A stretch of DNA of 64,000 nt from Octopus vulgaris. Taxonomy: Eukaryota. Shown piece after piece: positions 1 through 12,700 of the stretch. Each line of letters starts with the position of its first letter. Positions within the stretch are counted from its first letter, which is position 1. A program made the translations under genes and the position numbers. The stretch lies in the NCBI GenBank assembly GCA_951406725.2, contig OX597830.1, positions 28,272,001-28,336,000 on the forward strand, read 5' to 3'. The notes below the pieces were generated by a model. That model saw only the letters and a list, made by a program, of their open reading frames with translations. It searched no databases and had not been told where the DNA came from.

Positions 1-675
1 AGTATTTGTGTGTATGTGTGTGTGTCTGAGTACGCATGCACATAAATGTATATAATGATATACATACTTACATATAGATCTTAAACTAAATAAAGCCATA
101 TAGGAAAGTTCTTTAACGACAAAAGTACGAGCAGCATTCTAGCAACTTTAGGAAGCTTAGCAGTAAATGTCTCCTACATTCTTTGCGTTGGTGTAAGTTC
201 CTCACTGACTGAAGATACGGATGGACATATCTACAACTGTCCTCTATCTTTTAGACAATCAGTCCGTCGTTTCGTTAGTGGAATGTGAATTTCGGAGAAT
301 ACCTGATTCTTGATATTTTCCCATTTGTCGTATCATGTTGCGACTAATTGCCAATTAAGTGATTATCTTAATCTCTCTAAAATTGTAGATAATTTCAGTG
401 AATCAAAAGTTTATTGTGTTTGTTATTTAATATACCTTCATTATATCTGCCACTAGCCAATCCGAGTTATTCTTAAGAGCTCGTTTGCCCTTTGCCTACG
501 AGCCTGTGTCTAAATAAATATTTTCGTCTATCAAACGTTTTAGTGTGTGAAATGAGGAGGTTTTGGCTGTTATTTGTAACAATTCAGGCAGAAAAGTCGA
601 ATTTTTTTCTCGACACGTATGTACGTTATTATGTACAAATAAATACAGGTAAAACATTCGTAGCAAAGATACAGA

Positions 676-1440
676 TGTATGTATGTATGTATGTATGTAT
701 GTATGTATGTATGTATGTATGTATGCATGCATGCAGGTTTGTATGTATGTGTGTATGTATGTATGAGTGTATGTATGTATGCATGCATGCATTTATGCAT
801 GTATGTATATACGCATGTATGTATCTATGTATGTATGCATGCAGGTATGAATGTATGTATGCATGCAGGCTTGTATGTATGTGTGTATGCATGTATGCAT
901 GTATGTATGTATCAATGTATTATGTATGCATGCATGTTTCTTTCTATGTATGCATGCATGCATTTATGTATGTACGCATGTATGTATGTATGTATGCATG
1001 CATGTTTGTATGTATGCATGCATGTAAGTATGTATGAATGTATGTATGCATGCATGCAGGTTTGTATGTATGTGCGTCTGCATGTATGTATGTATGTATG
1101 TATGTATGTATGTATGTATGAATGTATGTATGTATGCATGCAATTTTATATGTATATATACGCATGTATGTATGAATGTATGTATGCATGCATGTATGAA
1201 TGTATGTATGCATGCATGCAAGTTTGTATGTATGTGTGTAGGCATGTATGTATGTCTGAATGTATTATGTATGTATGCATACATGTTTGTATGTATGTAT
1301 GCATGAATGCATTTATGTATGTATGTACGCATGTATGTATGTATGAATGTATGCATGAATGTTTGTATGTATGTATGTGCGTATGCATGTATGTATTATG
1401 AATGTATTATGCATGCATACATGTTTGTATGTATGCATTT
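676..1440. repeat. Degenerate (TATG)n / (CATG,TATG) tetranucleotide microsatellite array
   Basis: Visible tandem TATG units with variants; explains the MYVC/HTYI pseudo-ORFs. Confidence 0.95.
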
Positions 1441-2513
1441 ATGTGTGTATACGTATACTTACATGTGTGTATGTGTATGCGAATGCCTCTGTGCGTACGC
1501 ATATGTTAAGTATAGTGTACTTATGCAAATAATTCGTGAGAGTACTCTTATCATGACGTATAAATTAAAATAAAATTACTTTCAACAAGAACCAATGATT
1601 CATGAAGTCTTCCCTTATTAGCTTGCTATACAACAGGTTAGAAGTTTAATTGTAATTTAAGTATGTGTGTAGTGGCCTGATTCAGATGAAATCCGCATTT
1701 CAACACCCTTGCCACTCTTTGCACAAATGCATTCCCTCTTCCTCCCCCAACGCTATTCCTGTCACATTCATTGATGCTAACCCCCTACAGAATCCTTCTC
1801 CTCATCAACATTTGATGAAGATGATTGGAAGATATCCTGGTGTGAAAAGAAATATGATGAAAACAGGAAATAGAATTATAACAATTCACTCTCAAACACA
1901 TGCACACATCTCTGTATGTTTATATGTGTGTGTATGTATGCATACACATGTATTTGTATATGTGTATCATTAAAATAAAATTTTAAATTTGCTATAAAAA
2001 TTGTACGAATTAAAATAAAATAAAACGCTGTAAAGACACAACCTATATAACAACGAAACAAGTAATATCAAAACAATACAACAAAATCCATACGATATGT
2101 TTATACCACAGGAAAAGTGTGGAAAATGGCGGAATTAAAGAACAATAAATATTCATCGCCGGTTCCTTCACCACCTTCAACACTGTTATGATAACAAAGG
2201 CTTTGACAGAATAAGAAAAAAAAATAGGAAAAAGAATAAAGAACAACATCAACAACAACTGCAGCATAAAAATAAAGCTAACGATGATGTTGATGATGGT
2301 AATAATGATAATAAGAAAAATAACTATAGCTAACAGCAAAAGCGTATGAGAAGAAAGTAAATTAAACAAGAGAGAAAAAAAAACATAACAAAAATATTAT
2401 CTGTTTTTAAATTTAACAAAACTATCTCACATAACAATTGGTTCATAAATAAATAAAGAAGTTAAGGAATCGTGAAAATAAAATGGACAAAATATACAAA
2501 AGCATTAGCAAAC

Positions 2514-2573
<60 letters not shown>

Positions 2574-2981
2574 TAATAATAAAAACAAGAAATTGGTGAG
2601 AAAACAGATACAAATTGTTGTTAAACTCAAATTTATCCATCAACATCAACATGGCCGTCATATTGCTGGCGAGAAAACTTCAAAAGAATTAGCCCTCAGT
2701 GACAGGAGATGGTTTTTGTTTATTGAAAGAGAAAATATCACCAAAGAAATGTAAAATTTAAAAAACATATATATTTAAACAGTAACAGCAATAAAAAAAA
2801 ATACAAAACAATAAGAAAATAATAGCAGTATTAACAATAATAACAGTAATGAAATAAACAAACAAATAAATATATAAATTTTAAATAGAATCTTAAAATT
2901 TTCAAAATCGTTCTCCCATAAAAATTAAAAAAACAACACTGCTTCATTTATTGTTGAATTTATTTTCAGTTTTCGAGCACT

Positions 2982-3000
2982 ATTATTATTATTATTGTTG

Positions 3001-3075
<75 letters not shown>
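2982..3075. repeat. (TAT)n microsatellite
   Basis: Near-pure tandem TAT; a similar (AAT)n tract lies at ~2515-2583. Confidence 0.95.
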
Positions 3076-3915
3076 GCATTAGGTTTTTGTTTTGTTTTTG
3101 AAAATTAAACGCATAAGTGTCAATGACGGCGTCGAAACCATTTTAAAATTTGTTTTTGCAAAAGAATAAAATATAATTAAATACGTAAATAAATAAATAA
3201 ATAAATAAGAAGAAAGACCCACAACAATATAATAGCTACAAACAGGACATATGCATTTAGTATCAGACGTAAAGTGTAAAGAAAAGATTGTATAACGAGG
3301 AAACGTATATCATCATCATCATCATCCTCATCATCAAAACCAACACCACCACCATCATCATCGTCATCCTTATCCTCATCATCACCATTGTTATCATCAT
3401 CATTATTATCGTCCTCAACGTGATGGTGATGATGGTGGTGGTGGTCTTTATCCTCAATAATAACAATAAAAGCACGAACAACAACAACAACAAGAATAGC
3501 AACAACAACAGCAACAACAACACCGTGTATTTTAAAAAAGAATTACAGAAAATATGACCACCATCACTATCGTAGTGGAAAGGAAGACCATGAAGACCAG
3601 CATTATAAGCATGAACATTGTGAAGCAAAGAATAACATCGTGAAGAGGGGATGGAGGAATACGGGGGGCATACAAGTAAAAGAGGAAGAGAGAGAGAGAG
3701 AAGGAGACAGTGTATTAAAGCGAGGAAGAGTTAAAAGCAAGAAGGGGAAGGAGGTGAAGAAGGTGAACAATGATAATGTTATTACAGCAACTGTTCCACC
3801 ACAACCACCACCATTAACAACAACAACAACAACAACAAGAACAATAATAATGTCGGTGTCGACATTCTTATGGAACCGCGACAAATTTGAAAATTTTAAC
3901 CAAAAATCAAATAAT

Positions 3916-3964
<49 letters not shown>

Positions 3965-4818
3965 CTTTTAAAGATGAAGACGACGACGGCGACGACGACA
4001 ACGCCGATGAAGAAGTAAAGAAAAACGGAGACGGAAATCAAAAGGAGCTGATGCTGTTGATGATGATGACGACGATGATGATGATGATGATGGGTGTTGG
4101 AGAGGTAGTGGTGACGGTGGCGATCATACAGGCTCAGGTTTTGTTGGTGGTGTTGAGGATCGTAAAGAAGGAGCAGGGGAAAGATGAAAACAAATAAATG
4201 ATGAAAGGGAGCAATGAAAATGAGAAGAAATCAGAGACCAAGAAGATGAAGTAGAGGATAAAAGAAGAAGAAGACGAAGAGGAAGAAGTGGAAGAAGAAA
4301 AGGAAGAAGAAGAAAAAGAAGAAGAAGATACTATAGGGAGGGAGTTGAAGAAGGTGATGTAAAGTAAGAGGAGAAGAAAGAGGAGATGAAGAAATGCTCA
4401 TTCTTTCTTTCATTTGTTTTCTTTCTTTTCTTGTTTTTGAAGATTAAAAAAGAAAACAGGAAGGAAGGAAAAACAAAGGATCAAAAAGAAGAAGAATGAA
4501 AAGTAAAAGTAAATGATGAAAAGTGAAAAAGTAAACAAATTAAAAATTAAAATCATAAAGTAAAAGAAATGAAGCGAGCAAAAATTAAAATTAAAAAAGA
4601 GGGAGAGGGAGTAAGAAGAAAAAGGGTGAAATATACGGTATTTGGTTGGTTAAAGATTTAAAAAGCTAAGATGGCGGAAAAGAGGGAATACAAAAGATAA
4701 AGAAACGATACAAGTCAACGAATGCATTTAGTGGGATGCGAAAAAGGAAGTTGTTAAAATGGAGGCAAATATATAAAAGAGGAAACTATATGTAAAATAA
4801 CAACAGTAACAAAAAACG

Positions 4819-4870
<52 letters not shown>

Positions 4871-4944
4871 TGATGATAATAATAATAATAATAATGATGA
4901 TGATGATGATAATAATAATAATAATAATGATGATGATGATGATG

Positions 4945-4990
<46 letters not shown>

Positions 4991-5000
4991 TAATAATAAC

Positions 5001-5068
<68 letters not shown>

Positions 5069-5084
5069 TGATAATAATAATAAT
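4819..5084. repeat. (AAT)n/(GAT)n microsatellite
   Basis: Tandem AAT with GAT interruptions. Confidence 0.95.
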
Positions 5085-5575
5085 ACGATCAGTAAGGAAA
5101 AGATAAACGAGAAGATAGGAGAGAGAGTGAGAGTGAGCAGTACGAAGGGGAAAAGATGCAGTGAAGTGTGCAGAAGGATAAGGGAATAGGATGTTAAATG
5201 CCGCCAAGGGAAAAATGGACAGACGATAAAACTTGAACTAAGTATATAAGGTTCAAAAAGAAGGGCGGGATAGTGTTGGTGTTAGTGGCAAGTTATCATT
5301 TAATTATTTTTTATGTCTTTATAATTTCTTAAAATTACTTTTGAATTAAACTCAAATATGTTATCACTATTCAGAAGTCATATTTTTATTGCGTGCGTTT
5401 CACTGCACTACCGAACGTAGTTCTGTGTGCTTCCTGTGTGTGCTGTGGTTTGTTTTAGTGTTGTTATTTTTACTGCATTGAGAGTATTCTACATAAGATG
5501 CTTGTGCGTTGCAAAGCAATGCTATTTTCATTACGTCATAATGTATTCGTAATTCCTGCTGGTTGTTTATGTTTT

Positions 5576-5626
<51 letters not shown>

Positions 5627-5753
5627 GGGAAATAATATATATATAAAAGGGAAATGGAATTTAATTAAATTTTAAATATACAATCAAAACTTACATTTCC
5701 AGTGGTCTAACGTGAAAAAAAATTAGTCAAGAAGACTATATATAAGTTATACG

Positions 5754-6007
5754 ACACATAAGGAATCCACTTAGTGTGAGATTCGGCACATTAGAGAGAA
5801 AAGCTAGGTTCTATAAACCACAAAAATAACGGATAAAATTCGACAGGAATACCATTTACCATCTAGTTGCCCGGGTTACTAGATGGTAAATGTTTTTCAT
5901 TTCCAAATTTATTCCTGTCGAATTTTATCCGTTATTTTTGTGGTTTATAGAACCTAGCTTTTCTCTCTAATGTGCCGAATCTCACACTAAGTGGATTCCT
6001 TATGTGT
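5754..6007. repeat. Long inverted repeat (97-bp arms) with a nested 15-bp hairpin
   Basis: 5754-5850 (acacataaggaatcc...cgacaggaat) is the reverse complement of 5911-6007. Inner arms catttaccatctagt 5853-5867 / actagatggtaaatg 5878-5892. Confidence 0.92.
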
Positions 6008-6282
6008 ATAAATATGCACTATATCGTATATATATAGATATGTATATTACTATATTTAAAGTACCTATTGTCATTGGGATTCTTACTATATTAAGACAAC
6101 TGCATTATAGACAACTCCATTCGAGGTGCCTCTGTGTTCTGATCTTCTGGAAGTTCGTATTTCGAGAGATTCTCCATTTCTTTTGATGATACATTTTCAT
6201 CTGTTGAAACTGATGTGTCGATTAAATGGTATTTTTTCTTGGTGATCGTTGACACAAATATCATTCATTTTATCTTCCTCAT

Positions 6283-7010
6283 CTTCTTCTTCTTCTTCTT
6301 CTTCTTCTTCTTCTTCTTCTTCTTCTTCTTCTTCTTCTTCTTCTTCTTCTTCCACTTCTACTTCTCATTCCGCTTCTTCCTCATCTTCTCCTTCTTCCTC
6401 ATCTTCTCCTTCTTCCTCATCTTCTCCTTCTTCCTCATCTTCTCCTTCTTCCATTTCTACTTCCTCTCCTTCTTCCTCATCTTCCTTTTCTTTCTCTTCT
6501 TCCATTTCTTCCACTTCTTCTTCTCCTTCCTCTTCTTCTTCTTCTTCTTCTTCTTCTTCTTCTTCTTCTTCTTCTTCTTCTTCTTCTTCTTCTTTACTCA
6601 AATGATTTTCCTATGCCGCTGTCACGTCTCACTTCCATCCCGCGGCTTAGAGACGCAACACTTTCTTCAAGACATCGGTACTTCTTCTTCCTCCCATTCC
6701 TCTTCTTCCACTTCTACTTTTTCTTCTTCTTCTTCTTCTTCTTCTTCTTCTTCTTCTTCTTCCACTTCTTCATCCTCATCTTCCTTCCTCTTCTTCCTCC
6801 CATTCCTCTTCTTCCACTTCTACTTCTTCCTCTTCCTCTTCTTCTTCTTCTTCTTCCACTTCTTCATCCTCATCTTCCTTCCATTTCTTCCTCTTCCTCT
6901 TCTTCCACTTCTACTTCTCATTCCGCTTCTTCCTTTCTTCCACTTCTTCCATTTCTACTTCTTCTCCTTCTTCCTCATCTTCTTTTTCTTTCTCTTCTTC
7001 CATTTCTTCC

Positions 7011-7041
<31 letters not shown>

Positions 7042-7167
7042 CTTCTTCTTCTTCTTCTTCTTCTTCTTCTCCTTCTTTACTCAAATGATTTTCCTATGCC
7101 GCTGTTACGCCTCACTTCCATCCCGCGGTTTAGAGACGCTACACTTTCTTCAAGACATCGGTACTTC
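6283..7167. repeat. (CTT)n-rich tract with a 483-bp-period tandem duplication
   Basis: A unique ~93-bp segment (tctttactcaaatgattttcc...gacatcggtacttc) occurs at 6591-6684 and 7074-7167, each after CTT-rich sequence. The 330-aa ORF here is a low-complexity artefact. Confidence 0.9.
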
Positions 7168-7437
7168 CGAGTATTGCTGCAACTTGAATACTTCCTACGA
7201 AGTTTAGTATTTTACAGCTTTTCATGAGATATGTGTGTGTGTGTGTGTGTGTGCGTGTGAGTGTATACATACACACACACGTAAACACACACACATACAC
7301 ACGCAAGCATATATGTGTATATTTATATACATAACGGACAAACGTAAAACCGTGAAAATTTACAAATGGACGAAGCTACCAGACGTATAAACGTACACAC
7401 GTATAGGAGTGCAAGTACAACTGTATAAGATTACAAA

Positions 7438-7668
7438 GGCGGCGAGCTGGCAGAAATGTTAGCACGCCGGGCGAAATGCTTAGCGGTATTTCGTCTACCG
7501 TTACGTTGTGAGTTCAAATTCCGCCGAGGTCGACTTTGCCTTTCATCCTTTCGGAGTCGATAAATTAAGCACCAGTTACGCACTGGGGTCGATGTAATCG
7601 ACTTAATACCTATGTCTATCCTTGTTTGTCCCCTCTGTGTTTAGCCCCTTGTGGGTAATAAAGAAATA
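7438..7668 (+). mobile_element. tRNA-derived SINE, family B (ggcggcgagctggcagaa... head)
   Basis: Head with A-box-like tggcagaaatgtt and B-box gagttcaaattcc. Homologous copies at 19915, 23360, 29472, 62237. Confidence 0.85.
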
Positions 7669-7923
7669 TGTATAAGACTACAAAGATTAAAGTGTACAAA
7701 CGGATTAATATAAGGACGTATAAACCTTCTGACGTAAAAATAAAAACTACGATCGTGAAATACTATGGCACATACATTTGCTGAAGCGTATAAGTATTCG
7801 TTCGTATAAGCTTATGAACGTAAAAACCGTAAGCCTATAAATATGTTCATTTAAAACGCATTCAGATAAAACGTATAAGACCGCAATAGCATTAACGTAC
7901 ACGGGTGTATGGCTATAAACGGT

Positions 7924-8280
7924 GGAGGCGCAATGGCCCAGTGGTTAGGGCAGAAGACTCGCGGTCGTAGGATCGCGGTTTCGTTGTGAGTGTTTATTGA
8001 GTGAAAACACCTAAAGCTCCATGAGGCTCCGGCAGGATGGTGGTGATCCCCGCTGTACTCTTTCACCACAACTTTCTCTCACTCTTACTTCCTGTTTCTG
8101 TTGTACCTGTATTTCAAAGGGGCCGGCCTTGTCACTCTCTGTCACGCTGAATATCCCCGAGAACTACGTTAAGGGTAACGTGTCTGTGGAGTGCTCAGCC
8201 ACTTACACGTTAATTTCACGAGCAGGCTGTTCCGTTGATCGGATCAACCGGAACCCTCCTCGTCGTAACCGACGGAATGC
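7924..8280 (+). mobile_element. tRNA-derived SINE, family C (ggaggcgcaatggcccagtggttagg head)
   Basis: tRNA-like A-box tggcccagtggttag; full-length similarity to the copy at 26948-27329. Confidence 0.85.
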
Positions 8281-9240
8281 TTCCCATGGCTATAGATATA
8301 TACGTAGATATCTATAAGACTATGAATGTAGAAGAATAAAAAAGTATAAATGCTTACAACGCATAAATGTAGAAACATACATACGTACAACTATAATCGC
8401 ATTAGCCTAGTAACATAGAAATGCATATTCTTATACACGTAAAAACCTATGTATAACACGTAAAAATATATAAGGGTAAATATATATAAAGGTACAAACC
8501 TGTAAATCTACAAAACTAAGCCTACATGTGTATACGTAAATACGTATAAACGTGCAACCTTCTCATTCTACAAAAATATAAGCCTGCAAAAGTAAGTATC
8601 CACGTTAAGACCATGTAAGAATGCTCTCTTTTAAACGCACAACTATGTACGAATATAATCGTATACATGTACTTACGTATAAGACTATAAAAATAAAAAC
8701 GTGAAAACGTATAAGTCTACAAACGTATCAATTAGCAAACATACAAACGTTAATAAACACAGAAACCTTGAGGAGTAAAATTGTATACGTAAATAAACGT
8801 GCAAGTGTACAAACGTCTAAACGTATAGACGTATAAAAGTATAAGCCCATTAATCTACATGCATGTAAGTCTATAAGCACGTAGAAATATTTTAAACTTG
8901 TGCAAATGTATAAGATTGGAGATAGGTAATAGTGCAATCGTATAAGTCTACAAGGATGTATAATTTCCAATGTTCAAGCATTTAAACGCGCAAGCGTATG
9001 AATATTCAAATAGTGCTACACTGCACAAAAGACAGGCAGTAAACAGGTCGGGTATCCAAGAACGAACTGTGCGTTCACAACGTTATTTACGTTGGGTGCA
9101 CGGATTACCTTGTGCTGTTTCATTTATAATAGTAGTTATATTTTTGGTACCATTGTTGCTTAACTCAAGGGCAGTTCCAATTTATAATGGATTTCAGCCT
9201 TTGATCATCAACTCTATTTTGAAGTTAGTGTCTTGAAGTT

Positions 9241-9412
9241 AGGCGCAGGAGTGGCTGTGTAGTAAGTAGCTTGCTAACCAACCACATGGTTCCGGGTTCA
9301 GTCCCATTGCGTGGCATCTTGGGCAAGTGTCTTCTGCTATAGCCCCGGGCCGACCAATGCGTTGTGAGTGGATTTGGTAGACGGAAACTGAAAGAAGCCT
9401 GACGTATATATG

Positions 9413-9464
<52 letters not shown>

Positions 9465-9690
9465 TGTGTCTGTGTTTGTCCCCCTAGCATTGCTTGACAA
9501 CCGATGCTGGTGTGTTTACGTCCCCGTCACTTAGCGGTTCGGCAAAATAGACCGGTAGAATAAGTACTGGGCTTACAAAGAATAAGTTCCGGGGTCGCTT
9601 TGCTCGATTAAAGGCGATGCTCCAGCACGGCCGCAGTCAAATGACTGAAACAAGTAAAAGAGTAAAAGAGAGGGAGAGAGTAAAAGAGTA
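9241..9690 (+). mobile_element. tRNA-derived SINE, family A (aggcgcaggagtggctgtg... head, internal TA/TG microsatellite, gtaaaaga tail)
   Basis: B-box gggttcagtccc and tandem tail repeats; many homologous copies in the window. Confidence 0.9.
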
Positions 9691-9963
9691 TACATAATTC
9701 ATATTAAGCTACTTGTTTTATCAGACCATTGATCCAGCGAAAATGCAGTTTTTCCGCAAATGGCCAATCGCTAAGTTGCTTGCGCATAAACGCGTCCCAT
9801 TTGATACATGCGACCATTACGTATTTAGAAATTGCCTTTGTTCTTTCTTTCCTTCTTTTGATAGTACCTTTGGTGATGTCTGTGGGGTTGCTTGAGTGGA
9901 TCTAGTTGCAGGTACTCCTTTATTCGGAAGATTCCATCATTCGTGTGTTCACGTTATATACTA

Positions 9964-10383
9964 TACTCTCTTTACTCTCTTTTACTCTCTTTTATTTGTT
10001 TCAGTCATTTGACTGCGGCCATGCTGGAGCACCGCCTTTAATTGAGCAACTCGACCCCGGGACTTATTCTTTTGTAAGCCCAGTACTTATTCTATCGGTC
10101 TCTTTTGCCGAACCGCTAAGTAACGGGGACATAAACACACCAGCATCGGTTGACAAGCAATGCTAGGGGGACAAACACCGACACACAAACACACACACGC
10201 ATACATATATACATATATACGACGGGCTTCTTTTAGTTTCCGTCTACCAAATCCACTCACAAGGCTTTCGTCGGCCCGAGGCTATAGTAGAAAACACTTG
10301 ACCAAGGTGCCACGCAGTGGGACTGAACCCAGAACCATGTGGTTGGTAAACAGGCTACTTACCACACAGCCACTCCTGCGCCT
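9964..10383 (-). mobile_element. SINE family A, full length, inverted relative to the 9241 copy
   Basis: Reverse complement aligns end to end with 9241-9690. Confidence 0.9.
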
Positions 10384-10529
10384 ATGTATGAGGCCACCTT
10401 ATTTTACCGTGTTTTCCTTTTTTTTCCCTCATCTTTTACGTAACATCACACACACAAATCGTTGATGATCCCCTCAACCTCTGATGGTTCCCTGAAATAT
10501 GACTCTGTGACAAATGAAGCAAATCCTCA

Positions 10530-10672
<143 letters not shown>

Positions 10673-10851
10673 GTTTTTTCTTTTTCTTCTTCCCCTCAAA
10701 ATTTTGTTACAATATATTCGTCTGGAACCCCGAGGATTATGTATGTATATATGGATGTTTGGTTGTTGCTTTTTTGTTTCACCTAACTGTCTGGATTTTT
10801 GGCATTTTTGTCCCATATTGTATATATATATATTTGTCCCTTTTTGTATAT

Positions 10852-10917
<66 letters not shown>

Positions 10918-10920
<3 letters not shown>

Positions 10921-11087
10921 ATTCGAGACAAAACCACTATTTTGCAAAACAAACAAGGAAAGACTTAATCAATACATAAAATTTTAATATAAAGTAAATA
11001 AATTTATTTACTTTATATTAACATTTTATGTATTGATTAAGTCTTTCCTTGTTTGTTTTGCAAAATAGTGGTTTTGTCTCGAATTAA
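10918..11087. repeat. Near-perfect 170-bp palindrome (85-bp arms, no spacer) next to (TA)n
   Basis: 10918-11002 is the reverse complement of 11003-11087 with one mismatch. Confidence 0.93.
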
Positions 11088-12044
11088 TATTATATAATAT
11101 TTTACTATAAAATTGGATTTAATCCTAAATCTGATTTTTTCCCTCTAAATTTGGATTTATTCCCTAATATTTATTATTATATATATATATATAGTCTTTC
11201 CGCTTTCAATGTTCTTTTACATGTCTTCGCTGTAAAGAGATCAATGCGATGCTTAATCAGGAAAAAAGAAATTTCTGTATTCATAACGATGGTTGTGAGG
11301 ATAGTAACTATGATGACAACTGCGACGATGTCGCTGACGGCAGCGACTACTGCAACAACAACAACGAGATTGCTGTTACAAATAATGATGAGGACGAAAC
11401 GAAAGTGATAATGATCAAGATCATTATGGCTGTAATCATTATTAATAACGTTAGCGTCATCATATTCGTGATGATCATTCCATTTGTCACGATCGTAATG
11501 ACCCATGGAAACTCACATCGTCGTTGTCATCGTCGTCTCCGTTGTTGTCATCACCACTGCCGCCACCACCACCTCAACAGTCGACATCATCATCGTCGTC
11601 ACCACCACCACCATCACCGTCATCATCATCGTCAAAATGCTCCTCCTGCCCCTGCGTCTCCTCCTCATCATTATCATCATTATCATCAAGATCAACATCG
11701 TCATTATCTACGTAATCATCTGCTACAATTGTTCGACCGGTATCCTTTTAACAATTATCAGCGTGGTGTTCATATTGATCATTTAAAAAAATCATCTTCA
11801 TTAACTTCATTATTCTCAACTTTTTCTGTGACACTAAAATCAGTGGCTCATCATGGATATTAGAAATAAAAGATGCAAAAAATATATATTCCCAAGAAAA
11901 AAGTGAAAAAAATCTCAAGATAAAGTAAATGTATCCATTTGATCAAATTTTAATGCGATATTTCATGATTGCCATTGTGTGCAACGATGTTTAGAGGTAA
12001 GTACGTGTTTTCTATGCGCTTATACGTATGTATATGTATGTGTA

Positions 12045-12202
<158 letters not shown>

Positions 12203-12553
12203 CACAAGCATATATTAACACCTTATACATGTATACGTATATAGATATATTTATATATGTCTGGAGAAGGAGTCCACAAGTGTATAGATATGGACATAAT
12301 TATTTACAGATATGTGAGTATGTGTAAATACATACATCTATATTTAGGTATATATGTATGTATATAGGTTTAAGTGTGTGTGGGTACATTTTTTTATTAT
12401 TTCTTTTACCTTGTTCAGTCATTTGGCTGCGGCCTTGCCGGAGCAACACATTTAGTCGCGCAAATCGACTCCAGGACCTATTCTTTGTAAGAATATACAT
12501 ACATTCATATATACATATGTATGTATATATATGTATCAATTAGTCGTAATCCT

Positions 12554-12691
<138 letters not shown>

Positions 12692-12700
12692 TATATCTAA

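Noticed and set aside
492-1573. Overlapping ORFs up to 240 aa (MYVC/HTYI repeats)
   Set aside because: Translations of the (TATG)n microsatellite, open in several frames on both strands.
6215-7227. 330-aa Phe/Ser-rich ORF
   Set aside because: CTT repeats lack stops; no domain signal.
8300-9000. ACGT/TATAA-enriched stretch resembling clustered regulatory motifs
   Set aside because: Looks like eroded cryptic simple sequence with no fixed period; no support for a regulatory call.
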